From: Oikopleura dioica
Lineage: Eukaryota; Animalia; Chordata
Direction of reading: 5' to 3'
Assembly (NCBI GenBank): GCA_907165135.1
Contig: OU015566.1
Location: 9,486,001 to 9,550,000 of the forward strand
DNA: 64,000 nt
Shown here: positions 63,044 through 64,000 of the stretch, piece by piece
Position numbering within the stretch: position 1 is the first letter of the stretch
How the letters are laid out: every line of letters starts with the position of its first letter
Notes under the pieces: generated by a model
Seen by the model: the letters and a program-made list of their open reading frames with translations, nothing else
Told to the model about the DNA's origin: nothing
Databases searched by the model: none
Position numbers and translations under genes: made by a program

Positions 63044-64000
63044 ATGGTGAAGAAAACTGGCAAGCCAGGAAACTCGACTCGTGCGAAAGCGCTTGTTTCC
63101 ATGGCCCAGCAAGCGTCGCAAAAGTATCTCGAGGAAATCGACGTCAACATGGGAGATGGCTACTCGCTCGTTTACGAAAAACCTTCGGAGGAGTCAATTA
63201 ACTACGCTTTCGAACTTACAAAGCAAAACATGCAGGAGCTCTACGAACAGGCACCCGAGTGGGGCTGGCATGGTGAGTTTTTTTTACCAACGGTACAGAA
63301 TCTGTTACTACAGTGATGGAATAAGTATCACTATGTGATGGAGTAAGACCGCCAAAATAGGCATTCATTTTATTAAAAATCAGCTACCAGTTGGACCATG
63401 TGTTGTTCCAGCTTATAGTAAAGGAAAAACAGCAGCAGCAGATAACACAATCGCTTCTTGAATTCGATTCCGATACAAATACATTCTCATATCGTGAGCT
63501 TTCTTCTGTAGTAGCGATTTCACTGCTGTTCTCAAAATCAATTGTATCGTACGTTCGCCAAACCTACAAAAATAATTTAGTTCCAAATTCTCATTCAACA
63601 ACTTACTCGCATCAGTTTCAGGGACATTTTTGGTTCTCTTATCATTATTTTCTAAAAATACTAGACCTATTCTTTGACTAAGTAAATAAGAGTCTTTTTT
63701 CGGTCCTCGATATCCAATATGGCCAGCAAGATTGTTACGTCAAAGAACTTATAAGCCCATATATTGATGATCATCCTCTTATGAATCTGAGTATATTTTC
63801 AGACGACGAGAAAATGAAAGAAATTAAAAGCGCGAAGCAGCATACGCTGTTTGTTCATCACGAAGGTCAACGCCGTGGAATCTGTTGCCTTCGCTGGCTC
63901 ACCGAAAACAATGAGCCCGTGCTTTACCTGTACGAAATTCAGCTTGAAGCATCTGCCTGTCGCTTTGGCCTTGGGTAAGCGCACAACCTTAGTTGCGCTT
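63044..64000 (+). CDS. NAA40: N-alpha-acetyltransferase 40 (NatD), truncated by window end
   Basis: YAFELTKQNMQELYEQAPEWGWH / DDEKMKEI..RWLTENNEPVLYLYEIQLEASACRFGLG, then a GT donor near the window end. Confidence 0.88.

Noticed and set aside
63391-63681. ORFs on both strands inside the NAA40 intron (possible nested gene)
   Set aside because: No coherent exon chain or recognisable product; cannot be supported without transcript data.
1-64000. CRISPR arrays, prokaryotic operons or defence systems, rRNA, tRNA
   Set aside because: Sequence is intron-containing eukaryotic DNA; no regularly spaced repeat-spacer array or recognisable rRNA/tRNA motifs were seen.

Overview
Eukaryotic, very compact genomic DNA with many introns of about 40-60 nt, several GC-AG donors, and same-strand genes often under 300 nt apart. 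This architecture strongly suggests the appendicularian tunicate Oikopleura (inference; no database search was possible). No rRNA, tRNA or CRISPR array was seen. Left half (1-28 kb, accessory-like): 3' half of HIBCH; stomatin with an apparent 1-nt frameshift; an intronless secreted Leu/Met-rich 'LLPLLL' repeat protein; a tandem pair of epoxide hydrolase-like genes, one carrying a stop codon, a foldback element and an exonic TIR/8-bp-TSD insertion that may be spliced out; a degenerate IBR-like remnant; two inverted paralogous secreted proteins with a CBM2-like N-terminus flanking an asparagine synthetase-like gene that has lost its synthetase motifs; an N-terminally short TRPM channel with very large extracellular loops; a secreted G8/beta-helix CEMIP/TMEM2-like protein with a Thr tail; and a candidate small prepropeptide. 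Right half (28-64 kb, housekeeping, operon-like): NXT, ATP5PD, EFCAB2, GLYR1 (retains the catalytic Lys), a hAT-like MITE, NDUFB6-like, eIF4G, UGCG, TK1, NUFIP1, SH3KBP1/CD2AP, MIER and NAA40. Exon boundaries were read by eye; CDS coordinates span first to last coding base including introns.
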